Translations under genes and position numbers: made by a program | In this document: piece by piece, positions 37,893 to 47,360 of the stretch | Layout: every line of letters starts with the position of its first letter | Numbering within the stretch: the stretch's first letter is position 1 | From: a virus | Direction: 5' to 3' (one strand) | IMG/VR virus record: IMGVR_UViG_3300023240_001094 | Location: 9,452-73,451 of that record | Length of the DNA stretch: 64,000 nt | The notes under the pieces: model-generated | The model's input: the letters and a program-made list of their open reading frames with translations, nothing else | The model's database searches: none | Told to the model about the DNA's origin: nothing

Positions 37893-37905
37893 TTATTTAT
37901 ATCGA

Positions 37906-38319
37906 CTATCTACTGCCGATGTTATATTTTGGGCATAGTTCCCATTGATCTTTTTCTTTATGGGGAATAATCTTAATCAACCTTAAAGGTGCCAATTCAA
38001 GACCATCAGATGGTTTTACAAATTGAAGTAATCCCCAATCGCTCAAAAGAACCGCAATAGTGTTCCTTCGGCCTAGATCATTGTCCTCAAAGTTAGATTT
38101 CTTACCATCAAGTAAGAATAGTTCTTTGAAGTGTACAATGAAATATCTACCTTGCTTGTGCAAGATATGACATGATTGATATAGTTTTTTATCTTTACGT
38201 GAAGCAACACCAATTCGCGTTAATGTTTCTCGCACTTTTAAGAAGTCATCAGGCTCTTGTAATAGTACTTCGAGCATATCAGATGGTGCCCATTGGGCGT
38301 TATTATTTTCTTTTTCCAC
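37906..38319 (-). CDS. regA: translational repressor RegA
   Basis: DDFLKVRETLTRIGVAS...LYQSCHILHKQGRYFIVHFKELF. Confidence 0.96.
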   Translation of the reverse strand: MEKENNNAQWAPSDMLEVLLQEPDDFLKVRETLTRIGVASRKDKKLYQSCHILHKQGRYFIVHFKELFLLDGKKSNFEDNDLGRRNTIAVLLSDWGLLQFVKPSDGLELAPLRLIKIIPHKEKDQWELCPKYNIGSR

Positions 38320-38491
38320 CTTTACGTACCTTTTCTCTCAAAATAGTTATTTGGTCGGATGTGAGAAGAGGTAAGACCTGGCGTGCTTTATCATTACTAT
38401 AAGCATAATATTCCTTGACCACTTCAACATCATTAACCAATTCAGGTTTGTTCCATTTAGAAAAGCGTTTGCGTTTCCTAACGCTATTTAT
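38303..38491 (-). pseudogene. duplicated 3' half of gp62 (62 codons, no start)
   Basis: INSVRKRKRFSKWNKPELVNDVEVVKEYY...KGGKRK*; 73 bp (38404-38476) identical to 38662-38734. Confidence 0.85.
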
Positions 38492-38551
38492 ACTAATCCA
38501 AATTTTAGACCTTTTATGCGAAGATCAGATACCTCTATAATATAAGATACT

Positions 38552-38941
38552 TTATTTACGTTTTCCTACTTTACCACCTTTATACACTTTTTCTTTTAAC
38601 ACTTCCATTTGTTCATTCGTTAATAATGAGATTACTTGTCTGGCCTTTTCATTGGAATATCCATAATATTCCTTGACCACTTCAACATCATTAACCAATT
38701 CAGGTTTGTTCCATTTAGAAAAGCGTTTGCGTTTTCGGACAATGTTAATTAGAAAATCGTATTGAAGTTTTTTGTCAAGATGGTGGTATATGTTCATCTC
38801 ATTTGCCATAAGAACCGTGTCATTGAAGTAGGAAAGAGCCCGGTTGACCATATACGCCGAATAGCTTTTTTCAGCAAGATCATCTACCATAATATTCTTT
38901 TTGGTAGAATTGATAGAGTTTGCATATTCAAATGGGTTCAT
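38552..38941 (-). CDS. gp62: clamp loader small subunit
   Basis: MNPFEYANSIN, YMVNRALSYF, ANEMN, LQYDFLIN and KEYYGYSNEKA. Confidence 0.93.
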   Translation of the reverse strand: MNPFEYANSINSTKKNIMVDDLAEKSYSAYMVNRALSYFNDTVLMANEMNIYHHLDKKLQYDFLINIVRKRKRFSKWNKPELVNDVEVVKEYYGYSNEKARQVISLLTNEQMEVLKEKVYKGGKVGKRK

Positions 38942-38942
38942 A

Positions 38943-39215
38943 TTATTCAATTCCGCTATCAATGGAAGGCCACAAGATTCGTTCAATGGCTTCTTCAAGT
39001 TTAACATGTGTGACTTCTGAGGACCGACCTTCAAAAATGCAAACGTCGTTATAATACAACTGCGGCATTGTGTTATGTCTATTTGCTTTTACAAAGGCAT
39101 ATGCTTCCTCATTAGATTCTATATTAATCTCAGTATATTGTACATCCCACTTATCAAGATTCTTTTTAATTGCCTTACAATAGAAGCACTGGTTTTTTGT
39201 GTAGACAGTAAGCAT
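38943..39215 (-). CDS. glutaredoxin (NrdH/NrdC-like)
   Basis: VYTKNQCFYC and TMPQ. Confidence 0.88.
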   Translation of the reverse strand: MLTVYTKNQCFYCKAIKKNLDKWDVQYTEINIESNEEAYAFVKANRHNTMPQLYYNDVCIFEGRSSEVTHVKLEEAIERILWPSIDSGIE

Positions 39216-39224
39216 ATTCTAATC

Positions 39225-39839
39225 CTAAAATGCGGTGACGGCTTGAATGATAGTCTGCATGCGCATTACATCCATAGCAATATCATGGCGAGGATCGTGA
39301 TGGATAAAATGTTCCTCAAGGCCTTCTGGAATAAAGTTGTTTTTCAAATCAGAACCATACGTCAAACCTTCAATAAAGCTGATAGTATCTTTAACTAGCC
39401 ACCAATCATACGGCGAAGGATATCCAGTTGCCTCCATAAGAGATGATGTATAAACGGGATCAAAGGTGTTCCGACGTGTATAAACCTTTTTCAGGTTAGT
39501 TGGTTTATTGACAGCAAAGAAGCTATACAAGTCAGCAATCGATTCATCCATATCAGATGGCTTAAGTACTGTTCGGGCTTCAGCATTCTGCTTACCCCAC
39601 CAATCAAGGGTTTCTTTTTGAATCTTCCTGCCGAACGTTTTTACCTGTGACTCTACATCAAACTTCATGAACTTACATTTCGAAACAAGTTCATGATATG
39701 TATATGGCTGTTCTGAATTAAAACGAACCTCAGCATAGTTAAGTGTAGCAAGTGATAAAACAACACCATCAGATGGACGTTGAGAAAGTGTTTCGTAATC
39801 GTAAATAAGACAATCGTCTAGTCCGTCATAAGCGCTCAT
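39225..39839 (-). CDS. dexA: DexA-like 3'-5' exonuclease
   Basis: YDYETL, TLDWW, FDP and HDPRHDIAMD. Confidence 0.85.
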   Translation of the reverse strand: MSAYDGLDDCLIYDYETLSQRPSDGVVLSLATLNYAEVRFNSEQPYTYHELVSKCKFMKFDVESQVKTFGRKIQKETLDWWGKQNAEARTVLKPSDMDESIADLYSFFAVNKPTNLKKVYTRRNTFDPVYTSSLMEATGYPSPYDWWLVKDTISFIEGLTYGSDLKNNFIPEGLEEHFIHHDPRHDIAMDVMRMQTIIQAVTAF

Positions 39840-40777
39840 TGTATATTAACCTCTGCCATAATTTCAGTCATACACGCAACCAAATTTAGTTCGTGATCGG
39901 CAACGAATGCTGCCTTATATTGATAGTCAGCAAGAATAAGAACAAGCTGTGGAATTGACTGCGGAGCAATCTTTTCATACATGCGATCGTAGATACCACG
40001 GATAATAGCCGAAGTATCAAGGTCCATGTTGTTGACAATACACTGCCGCATTTTTTTAAAGTCTTTTGCCTTAATAGAAGCAAACAAAGCGTCAAACTGC
40101 TCAGAAGAGCCTGATGATGCCGCAGTCATAATAAGCGCGCCGTTGTTTGAATTACGCTGAACCTCATTAATAACCCGTCGCCAATCTGGTGCATGTTTCA
40201 TAATAAGTTCGGCAACTTCAGACTTCACATATTCAGTAATACCTTCAGCTGCAAGAATACCTTCGAGGCGTTCCATAAATTGCATGCATAGGCTTGCCAT
40301 ATCTTTTTTAGTGGTATTAAACTCATATACACCACAGCGAGAATGAAGTGGTTCAATAATACGATTCTTAAAGTTACACGTTAGAATGAATCGGCAGTTA
40401 TCAGAAAATTGCTCGATAAAACCACGTAGCGCAGGCTGGGTTGACTGCGCGTTAAGGTAATCAGCTTCGTCAAGAATAACAACTTTGTAGCCACCGGAAA
40501 ATGAAACCGTAGATGCAAACTGCTTAATCTTACCACGAAGAGTTTCGATATTACCTTCCTCAGAACCATTAATTACAATATAATCAAGTTCGAGTTCATT
40601 ACACAGAGCCTTTGCTACTGTGGTTTTACCAAGCCCGGCAGTACCAGTAAAAAGCATATTCTGCAATTCACCAGTTTCTACCATTGACTGAAATGTATTC
40701 TTCAAGGAGATAGGAAGAATGGTTTCAGCTACTGTTTTTGGGCGATATTTTTCTACCCACAAGAAGTCTTTAGACAT
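39836..40777 (-). CDS. gp44: clamp loader large subunit
   Basis: LWVEKYRP, GTAGLGKTT, ILDEAD and LHSRC. Confidence 0.97.
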   Translation of the reverse strand: MSKDFLWVEKYRPKTVAETILPISLKNTFQSMVETGELQNMLFTGTAGLGKTTVAKALCNELELDYIVINGSEEGNIETLRGKIKQFASTVSFSGGYKVVILDEADYLNAQSTQPALRGFIEQFSDNCRFILTCNFKNRIIEPLHSRCGVYEFNTTKKDMASLCMQFMERLEGILAAEGITEYVKSEVAELIMKHAPDWRRVINEVQRNSNNGALIMTAASSGSSEQFDALFASIKAKDFKKMRQCIVNNMDLDTSAIIRGIYDRMYEKIAPQSIPQLVLILADYQYKAAFVADHELNLVACMTEIMAEVNIQ

Positions 40778-40838
40778 ATTTACTCCGGTTCAATTGAGTT
40801 TCATTATATAAGGGATGGAGTTGAATGTACATATAAAC

Positions 40839-41030
40839 TTATGATTCAGCTGATTCCACGGCTGCTTGTTCACCAAGCGCAATAAGTTGCACACACTGGT
40901 CTCGCAATTGACCGATAGTTGTTAGTTCTTCACCGCGAAAGCCGCCGCGCTGTACTACAGTATCAATCACGGCCATTGTGCTTCGTGCGACGCGAGACGA
41001 GATTTCATTGATTTGTGTTTGGTTAGACAT
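40839..41030 (-). CDS. hypothetical protein
   Basis: IDTVVQRGGFRGEEL motif. Confidence 0.7.
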   Translation of the reverse strand: MSNQTQINEISSRVARSTMAVIDTVVQRGGFRGEELTTIGQLRDQCVQLIALGEQAAVESAES

Positions 41031-41032
41031 TA

Positions 41033-41722
41033 TTAAGCTCCGTATGTTGATGATTTTTCAAGTGAGATCCAGTATGTGGCATCACGCTCATCATGTGTAA
41101 ATTTGGACATAAGTTTCGAAGAGATACCAACCTGATAATCGCCTGGAAGAATTTTGAGGTTAGCAATATTGAGAATAAGATTAAATTGCTCATGCTCATA
41201 AGTTCCTGCAACATCGATAGTAAAGGTATTTGATGTGGCATTCTCTGGATCAAATACGGTAAGAGCAACGGCACCGTCGGAAGCAGTAACTGATACTGAT
41301 GTATGACCAAGGGCTGATGCAGCACGTTTTACACGGTTCAAGGTGTCTTGATCTAGTGTGAAGTTAACCTCAAAGTTATCCATTGCCATAGCTTTAGACA
41401 GCATGATTTCAGCTGGAGATGTAAGCATATCAGTGTCAGTAAAGAAGTACTTAATCTTTGAACGTCCGCTTGTATCACCAACAACAGCAAATTTTTCATC
41501 GATTTTAAGAACTGGCTCATCAACCAAAGAAAGAACACTCAAGAATTCACTGAGATCATAGACACCAAATTCTTGAGGGAACGTTGAATCGACCTCAACA
41601 CTCGCAAGGATATTGCGGGCTTCAGAGATAGTACTAACACGATTACCTGTGTTAAATACCATGTTAGAGTTAATGCCTGAAAAGTTCTTCAGGACTTGAC
41701 TTGTATAATCGGTTAGTTTCAT
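41033..41722 (-). CDS. gp45: sliding clamp
   Basis: LKNFSGIN, FGVYDLSEFL, NLKILPGDY and YWISLE. Confidence 0.95.
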   Translation of the reverse strand: MKLTDYTSQVLKNFSGINSNMVFNTGNRVSTISEARNILASVEVDSTFPQEFGVYDLSEFLSVLSLVDEPVLKIDEKFAVVGDTSGRSKIKYFFTDTDMLTSPAEIMLSKAMAMDNFEVNFTLDQDTLNRVKRAASALGHTSVSVTASDGAVALTVFDPENATSNTFTIDVAGTYEHEQFNLILNIANLKILPGDYQVGISSKLMSKFTHDERDATYWISLEKSSTYGA

Positions 41723-41761
41723 GTCATTTTCCTATTCATTATATGGCTATTATAAAACATA

Positions 41762-43498
41762 TTACGCAGCTTGTAAACTAAAATCTTTCATCTTACTGAA
41801 GTTTTTATCCTTATAGAACTCAAGCTTGTTCTTAAATTTACCCTCGAGGATTTCACCCTTATGTGAGATAACAAAAACGTTGGTATCGTCACCAAGAGTA
41901 TAAAGGATTTTCATGAGGTTATCAACACCATCATGGTCAAGTGACGAGTCAAACGTTTCATCCAATACCAAAAGATTTGTCGCGACAGAGTTTTTCATCT
42001 TTGCGATTTGGCGCCATGTAAATAGTAGTGCCAAATCGATACGCTGCTTTTCACCTTCAGAAAATGATGCATATGAAAATGCGTCGCGGTGACGCGATCT
42101 GATAGTTTCTTGAAATGCTTCATCGAGGTTAAAGTGAACAAAGAAATCAAGCACCTGCAAATATTGGTTCACAAGGTTATTGATAATAGGAACGTATTGT
42201 TTAATTACCTTTGTTTTAATACCAGTGTCCTTAAGCATTTCTCCCATAACAGAGTTGTAAGAAGACTCTTCATTAAAGATAAGTCTCTGCTCCATAAGGC
42301 TGTTTTGATCTGTTTTCATCACAGTTAGCTCATCGTTGGCATTTCCTAAATCACCGGTTCTACCTTCAAGTCTACCAATATCGCTATTAAGAGATGCAAT
42401 GTTTCCATGCAGGCGGGTAATTGATTGATTGTTGACATTAATTTCAGACTGGCGTTCACGGATAAGCTCAGATGCCTCAGTAAATTCCTTAATGCTTTTT
42501 TCAATATCACCTGCTTGATTTTGAATCTCGTTGAGAGCATCGTTAAGTTTGACTGCACGTGTCTTTGCCATTGTCAACTTAGATTTGCGTAAATCTTCTT
42601 CAATAGGTTGAGTGCATGTCGGGCAATCGTTATTTTCCTCATAGAATTTAGCATCAGTTACCACACCCTTGATTTCTGATGTGAACTGTGACTTATAATT
42701 AAGTAGCGCCTGGCGTTTGTTCAAAGATGTTGAAAGACCCTCTTGCGTTTTTACACTATGTGCTTCAATGAAAGTACTAAGCATTGAGCTTTCTTCCTGG
42801 ATCTGTTTAATTTCAGATTCACATTCAGAAATCTGTGCATGCTTTGCTTTAATTTCCTCGTCATTCATCTCTGTGATATCACGGATGTACTTTTTCTGTG
42901 AGTCGATTTGATTGCGCTTAATGTCAAGCTTATAAGCAATATCCTTCAACTTTTCTTTTAAGATAGAATTTTTCTCTTTAATAAGTGAATTCATCTTAGA
43001 GAAAACATTAATATCAAGAAGGTCTTCAATAACATCACGGCGGTGCTGTGCGGATAACTGCATGAAGGGAATAAAACTACTACTTCCTAACACAACAATT
43101 TGGTGAAAGGATTTATGGTTTAGCTTAATAATATTCTGCTCAAGAAGCTTCTGATATTCCTTGGCATGAGAGTCTTGATTAATCATATTGCCATTTTTCC
43201 AAATCTCAAAAAGATTTGGCTTAAGACCACGTGTAACCTTGTATTCAGTTTTACCAACACTGAACGCAATTTCAACAACACACTGTTTGTTATTAATACT
43301 ATTGACCAACTGAGGCTTGTTGATATTTCTATGTGGTTTACCAAACAGAGCAAAGGACATTGCATCAAGCATGGTGGATTTACCAGCGCCGTTATGACCG
43401 ACGATTAGGGTAGACTTTGCGTTTGTTAGGTCAATCTCAGTGAAGTCATTACCGGTAGACATAAAGTTTTTCCAGCGAAGAGTTTTAAAATATATCAT
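41762..43498 (-). CDS. gp46: recombination endonuclease subunit (SbcC/Rad50-like)
   Basis: GHNGAGKS, CPTC hook, FSEGEK and LDETFD. Confidence 0.97.
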   Translation of the reverse strand: MIYFKTLRWKNFMSTGNDFTEIDLTNAKSTLIVGHNGAGKSTMLDAMSFALFGKPHRNINKPQLVNSINNKQCVVEIAFSVGKTEYKVTRGLKPNLFEIWKNGNMINQDSHAKEYQKLLEQNIIKLNHKSFHQIVVLGSSSFIPFMQLSAQHRRDVIEDLLDINVFSKMNSLIKEKNSILKEKLKDIAYKLDIKRNQIDSQKKYIRDITEMNDEEIKAKHAQISECESEIKQIQEESSMLSTFIEAHSVKTQEGLSTSLNKRQALLNYKSQFTSEIKGVVTDAKFYEENNDCPTCTQPIEEDLRKSKLTMAKTRAVKLNDALNEIQNQAGDIEKSIKEFTEASELIRERQSEINVNNQSITRLHGNIASLNSDIGRLEGRTGDLGNANDELTVMKTDQNSLMEQRLIFNEESSYNSVMGEMLKDTGIKTKVIKQYVPIINNLVNQYLQVLDFFVHFNLDEAFQETIRSRHRDAFSYASFSEGEKQRIDLALLFTWRQIAKMKNSVATNLLVLDETFDSSLDHDGVDNLMKILYTLGDDTNVFVISHKGEILEGKFKNKLEFYKDKNFSKMKDFSLQAA

Positions 43499-44556
43499 GC
43501 GATTTCCAAAGCCTGTGCTTCGATAAGCAAGTTGCGCATCGAAACTTTCAATTTATCTTTATCCAAATCAGTGTCCACAGCGTCAACATAACTATCGAGA
43601 AGTTCAGTGGTATCCTCGACAGATACTGACTCATCCTCCACGTTTTCACCAAGAAACTCGTTAAAGTTTTCAGCGATTTTGAGTTCGTAAACCTTCATTG
43701 ATTGTATTCTATCAATAAATCTATCGAATGTAAATAGATCATTCTTGTTAATCACAACAACCTTTACAAATTTGTTATTGAGGTGATTGACATCATAAGC
43801 GCTATAATCAATATTACTGTCATCATAATTAATTTTTTCAAACAGTGTGTGTGGATTTCTTACAGCCGTAAGTTCACGCGTAGATGTATCAAGGACGTGG
43901 AAATGTTTTGGATCGTGAGCATCAGACCATGTGAATTCTAACTGAGTACCTAAATACCTGATGTTATCTTTTTCTGATGCCGTATGAAAGTGACCAGAAA
44001 TAACCTGCTCAAACCGACTAAATAATTTGTGATCCATACCACTATGTGATTGAACACCCTTAAGAACATCAAATCCAGCGAATTCGAGGTGACCGGAAAG
44101 CCAATCAGCCTTACATGTCTCAATGAATTGAATTGATTTTGTGTAGTTCTCTTGGTTAACCCATGGAAGCATGGCCATGTTGAAACCGTTAAGATTCAAT
44201 ACAGTTGGTTCCATATGAATAGTGACTTCGCCCATATAATGACCGAGCAGCTCTTTCAATGCGTTTAGATCATTTGTGTTCTTATAAAACACATCATGAT
44301 TGCCAGGAATTATATCCATATGAATATGATGCTTGCGAAGTTTGTCCAAAAAAGACTTACGGAAAGAATGGAGAGACTTAAAATTGATAAACTTACGGTT
44401 ATCAAAAACATCACCAAGATGGAGAATACGCTTAATATCATTTTCAATAAGATAGGGAAAGAAAATATCATTATAAAACAGATCAGCGTTATCCCCAAAA
44501 ATATTAGATGAGTTTCGAACGCCGCAGTGTGTATCATTTAAAATAGCAATTTTCAT
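43495..44556 (-). CDS. gp47: recombination endonuclease subunit (SbcD/Mre11-like)
   Basis: NDTH, GDVFD, GNHD and SGHFH. Confidence 0.96.
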   Translation of the reverse strand: MKIAILNDTHCGVRNSSNIFGDNADLFYNDIFFPYLIENDIKRILHLGDVFDNRKFINFKSLHSFRKSFLDKLRKHHIHMDIIPGNHDVFYKNTNDLNALKELLGHYMGEVTIHMEPTVLNLNGFNMAMLPWVNQENYTKSIQFIETCKADWLSGHLEFAGFDVLKGVQSHSGMDHKLFSRFEQVISGHFHTASEKDNIRYLGTQLEFTWSDAHDPKHFHVLDTSTRELTAVRNPHTLFEKINYDDSNIDYSAYDVNHLNNKFVKVVVINKNDLFTFDRFIDRIQSMKVYELKIAENFNEFLGENVEDESVSVEDTTELLDSYVDAVDTDLDKDKLKVSMRNLLIEAQALEIA

Positions 44557-44557
44557 A

Positions 44558-45196
44558 TTATTCACCAAATATATCGCTGAGATCAGAATCACCTGAATTT
44601 ATAATTTTAGGATTTTTTTTCTTTGTCTTGGACTTTTCTTTCTTGGCAAATGATTTTACTTCAGTATCAAATTCCTTTACCTTGTCAATTCGATTTTTTA
44701 GCATACCAATAAAGCCGGCGCCAGCAATAGTGCTCATTTCACTACCATTCGTGTTGTCAAGGAATTCGCTAATATCAGCCTGAGAGATATACTTGGTCTT
44801 GATATCTTGTTGTTTCTTTTCCTTGGCGATACGTCGAAGGAATGCATACCAGCAGATTTGCGTAAAGTATGAAAATGCGTTTGGATTTCCACTACGAGTT
44901 GCTGCTTCAAGATTATAGTTCATAATGGCCTTTAGACAATTTTCAACACCATCCATTACCATTTCTTCACGATATGTGTAACGAATAAAGTTGCCTTTAT
45001 GCGAAAGGCCTTCAGCAATTTTAAGGAATGACTGTGCAATATAATCAGTGACTACAGGAAGCTTAACACCAGAGGCTTCTGCTTCCTTAACTGTTTCATA
45101 AGGAACACAGGCTTCCCTTACGACTTTAACATATTCAACAACAGCAAGACTGAACTCTTTGTTGTTGACATAATGAGGTTTATCTCTTGGTTTCAT
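44558..45196 (-). CDS. gp55: late transcription sigma factor
   Basis: HYVNNKEF, YTYREEMVMDG and NAFSYFTQICWYAFLRRIAKEKKQ. Confidence 0.96.
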   Translation of the reverse strand: MKPRDKPHYVNNKEFSLAVVEYVKVVREACVPYETVKEAEASGVKLPVVTDYIAQSFLKIAEGLSHKGNFIRYTYREEMVMDGVENCLKAIMNYNLEAATRSGNPNAFSYFTQICWYAFLRRIAKEKKQQDIKTKYISQADISEFLDNTNGSEMSTIAGAGFIGMLKNRIDKVKEFDTEVKSFAKKEKSKTKKKNPKIINSGDSDLSDIFGE

Positions 45197-45227
45197 AGTA
45201 AATTGTTACTCCTAGAATATATTTCTA

Positions 45228-45321
45228 ATTATAAATCAGATCTGAGGGAATGTACACAGCAAGATTAATTGTATATTTGCGTGATTAGGGGGTGTACAAG
45301 GTGTGGAAACCTTGGTATAAT
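45228..45321. promoter_or_regulatory. divergent sigma70-type promoter pair
   Basis: Minus: TGTACA(45256-45251)-N17-TATAAT; plus: TGTACA(45293-45298)-N17-TATAAT(45316-45321). Confidence 0.7.
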
Positions 45322-45350
45322 AAAAGAGGCTTTATGGTTGGGGGTAGATA

Positions 45351-45788
45351 CTAGTGTAGCTTATTCTTTGGATTGAACTTAAGCACGTTAGTATCATCTG
45401 GTGTATCATCTAAATCATTAACACTACTATCTATATCATCTGGTGTATCATCTAAATCATTAACACTACTATCTATATCATCTTCTTCATCAGCTTTATT
45501 CTGTTCAACATGTGTCTCATATTGATCAATAACTTTACGGTCAGGAATGGCAGAACATATTACAGCACCAGATTGTAATATCATTACTTTGTTTGATTCG
45601 TACTGGTGCATCATAAATGGTCTAAAGGTATAAAACCTTACCTGATTTTCAAAGTCTTCTGTTGATACCAAAGCATATGCGGATTTGATTATAATAATTT
45701 CTTCATCAAATTCGTTAATCTCAATATCAATAACATCACATAGGATTTCTTCACCAGTGATAAGCTTTAGTTGTTTTACATTCATCAT
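45351..45788 (-). CDS. conserved T4-like hypothetical protein
   Basis: KQLKLITGEEILC start; acidic tail; NVLKF..LH end. Confidence 0.75.
   Translation of the reverse strand: MMNVKQLKLITGEEILCDVIDIEINEFDEEIIIIKSAYALVSTEDFENQVRFYTFRPFMMHQYESNKVMILQSGAVICSAIPDRKVIDQYETHVEQNKADEEDDIDSSVNDLDDTPDDIDSSVNDLDDTPDDTNVLKFNPKNKLH
45392..45483. repeat. 42-bp perfect tandem duplication (2.2 copies), in frame
   Basis: Encodes DDIDSSVNDLDDTP twice. Confidence 0.95.
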
Positions 45789-47287
45789 TTTATATCTATC
45801 TCATAAATTTTATAATCAAATTCCTGTTTAGCGTACATTTTAATGCGCTCACCGGAATGCTCTAACGTGTAGTTTCTTTTTCCGTGCCAATGTAGGTCGT
45901 CAGCAATGTCGAATAGTTTAGCTACTGATCCATCATCTGATTTTCTGAGTGTTCGTCCGATTGATTGGAGCACTCTGATTTGAGACTTGGATGGGGATGC
46001 AAATATGATATTATGCAAATTACGAATATTAATCCCAGTGGAAAAAGTGCCAAGACTAGCAACAATGATAGCATTCTTTTGTGTCTCCACGATTTTACGG
46101 ATAGCTTCTCTAACCGATGTGTCAGTCTCGCCTGATACAAAGAACACTTTGCGCTTTTCGTGTGCCTTAGCTCTGATCTGTTCGAATAGTGGTTTTCCGT
46201 GCTTTTCTACAAAATTGAATAGAACGAGTGTGTTTCCATTAAGGTCCAAAGCAAGATTCGATATAAGCTTATTACGGCCTTCATGTTTTACAATATAGTC
46301 AAGTTCTGCTTGATATGTTTGTTTACCCCATGCCTGTCTAATATCCTCTGGATATTTAAGGAGTAAAACACTAATTTTTAGTTTAGAAAGCGTATTCTCA
46401 TCTTGCAGTTTCTTTGTGGTCGTTACATTATATATCTTTCCAAAAAGCCCCTGCAGAACCAATTCGTGGGTTTGTGATCCATCGAGCGTACCTGTTGTAC
46501 CCCACCTGTATTCGGCTTCTTTACATTTATCCATAATTGTTGTGAGTGATTTAGATTTAAAGCCATGACATTCATCACCAATGACGGCACCAAATTGCTC
46601 AAACCATTGTGGCGGAAGTTTGTATATTGACTGCCAAGTTGAAATGATGATTTCTTTGTCAGTGTTTTTATCTCGTCCAGAATAAATACGGTGGACGCAG
46701 TCTTCGGCTGGCATTCCATAGTCTGCGAAGTCGTTGTACATTTGTTCAACAAGTGACGTTGTTGGGACAATAACCAAGACTTTCCTGTTTGCCTTCCGTA
46801 AGTCCGAAAGATATTTTTGAGCGAGTGTGTAGATGATAAGAGATTTTCCAGAACCTGTTGGTGAGATAAGGACAGCTCTTTTTCTGTGAAGTGCTTCACA
46901 AATTGCGTCAAACTGGTAGTCTCGTATTCCAATAGGTTTACCTCTTGATTGTAAGTCTAAATTATCTATGAATAGTTTTATATCTTCTGGATTAATATTA
47001 ACCAGAGCATCAGGTCGCCCGTAGTAGTTGTTGTGCTCAACCTCAATTTTATATTCACGTGGACGTGCGAACTCAGCAAGGAAAGGATACAATCCAATAG
47101 GTAGCTCAAGTTTGTGTATGTTAAATAGACGGATTTTTCCGTCCCACACTTTATTTTTATACGCCGGCATAAACTTATATCCAGGAACAAAAAACGAAAA
47201 GAAATCACTTAACTCATTCGCGATTCCGTAATCGCATGAGATGTGCATCATAGAGTGGTTTTTATTTTGTACTTTAATTATATCCAT
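45785..47287 (-). CDS. uvsW: RNA-DNA/DNA-DNA helicase
   Basis: SPTGSGKS, DECH, TGT and QSIGRTLR. Confidence 0.96.
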   Translation of the reverse strand: MDIIKVQNKNHSMMHISCDYGIANELSDFFSFFVPGYKFMPAYKNKVWDGKIRLFNIHKLELPIGLYPFLAEFARPREYKIEVEHNNYYGRPDALVNINPEDIKLFIDNLDLQSRGKPIGIRDYQFDAICEALHRKRAVLISPTGSGKSLIIYTLAQKYLSDLRKANRKVLVIVPTTSLVEQMYNDFADYGMPAEDCVHRIYSGRDKNTDKEIIISTWQSIYKLPPQWFEQFGAVIGDECHGFKSKSLTTIMDKCKEAEYRWGTTGTLDGSQTHELVLQGLFGKIYNVTTTKKLQDENTLSKLKISVLLLKYPEDIRQAWGKQTYQAELDYIVKHEGRNKLISNLALDLNGNTLVLFNFVEKHGKPLFEQIRAKAHEKRKVFFVSGETDTSVREAIRKIVETQKNAIIVASLGTFSTGINIRNLHNIIFASPSKSQIRVLQSIGRTLRKSDDGSVAKLFDIADDLHWHGKRNYTLEHSGERIKMYAKQEFDYKIYEIDIK

Positions 47288-47316
47288 GATTCTATATATA
47301 CGTCAATAGAAACAAC

Positions 47317-47341
47317 ATTAGGGCACTGAATGCCCTAATGT
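47317..47341. terminator. hairpin between uvsY and uvsW
   Basis: CATTAGGGCA-ctgaa-TGCCCTAATG. Confidence 0.55.
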
Positions 47342-47360
47342 GATACAATGATTTTAGTGA

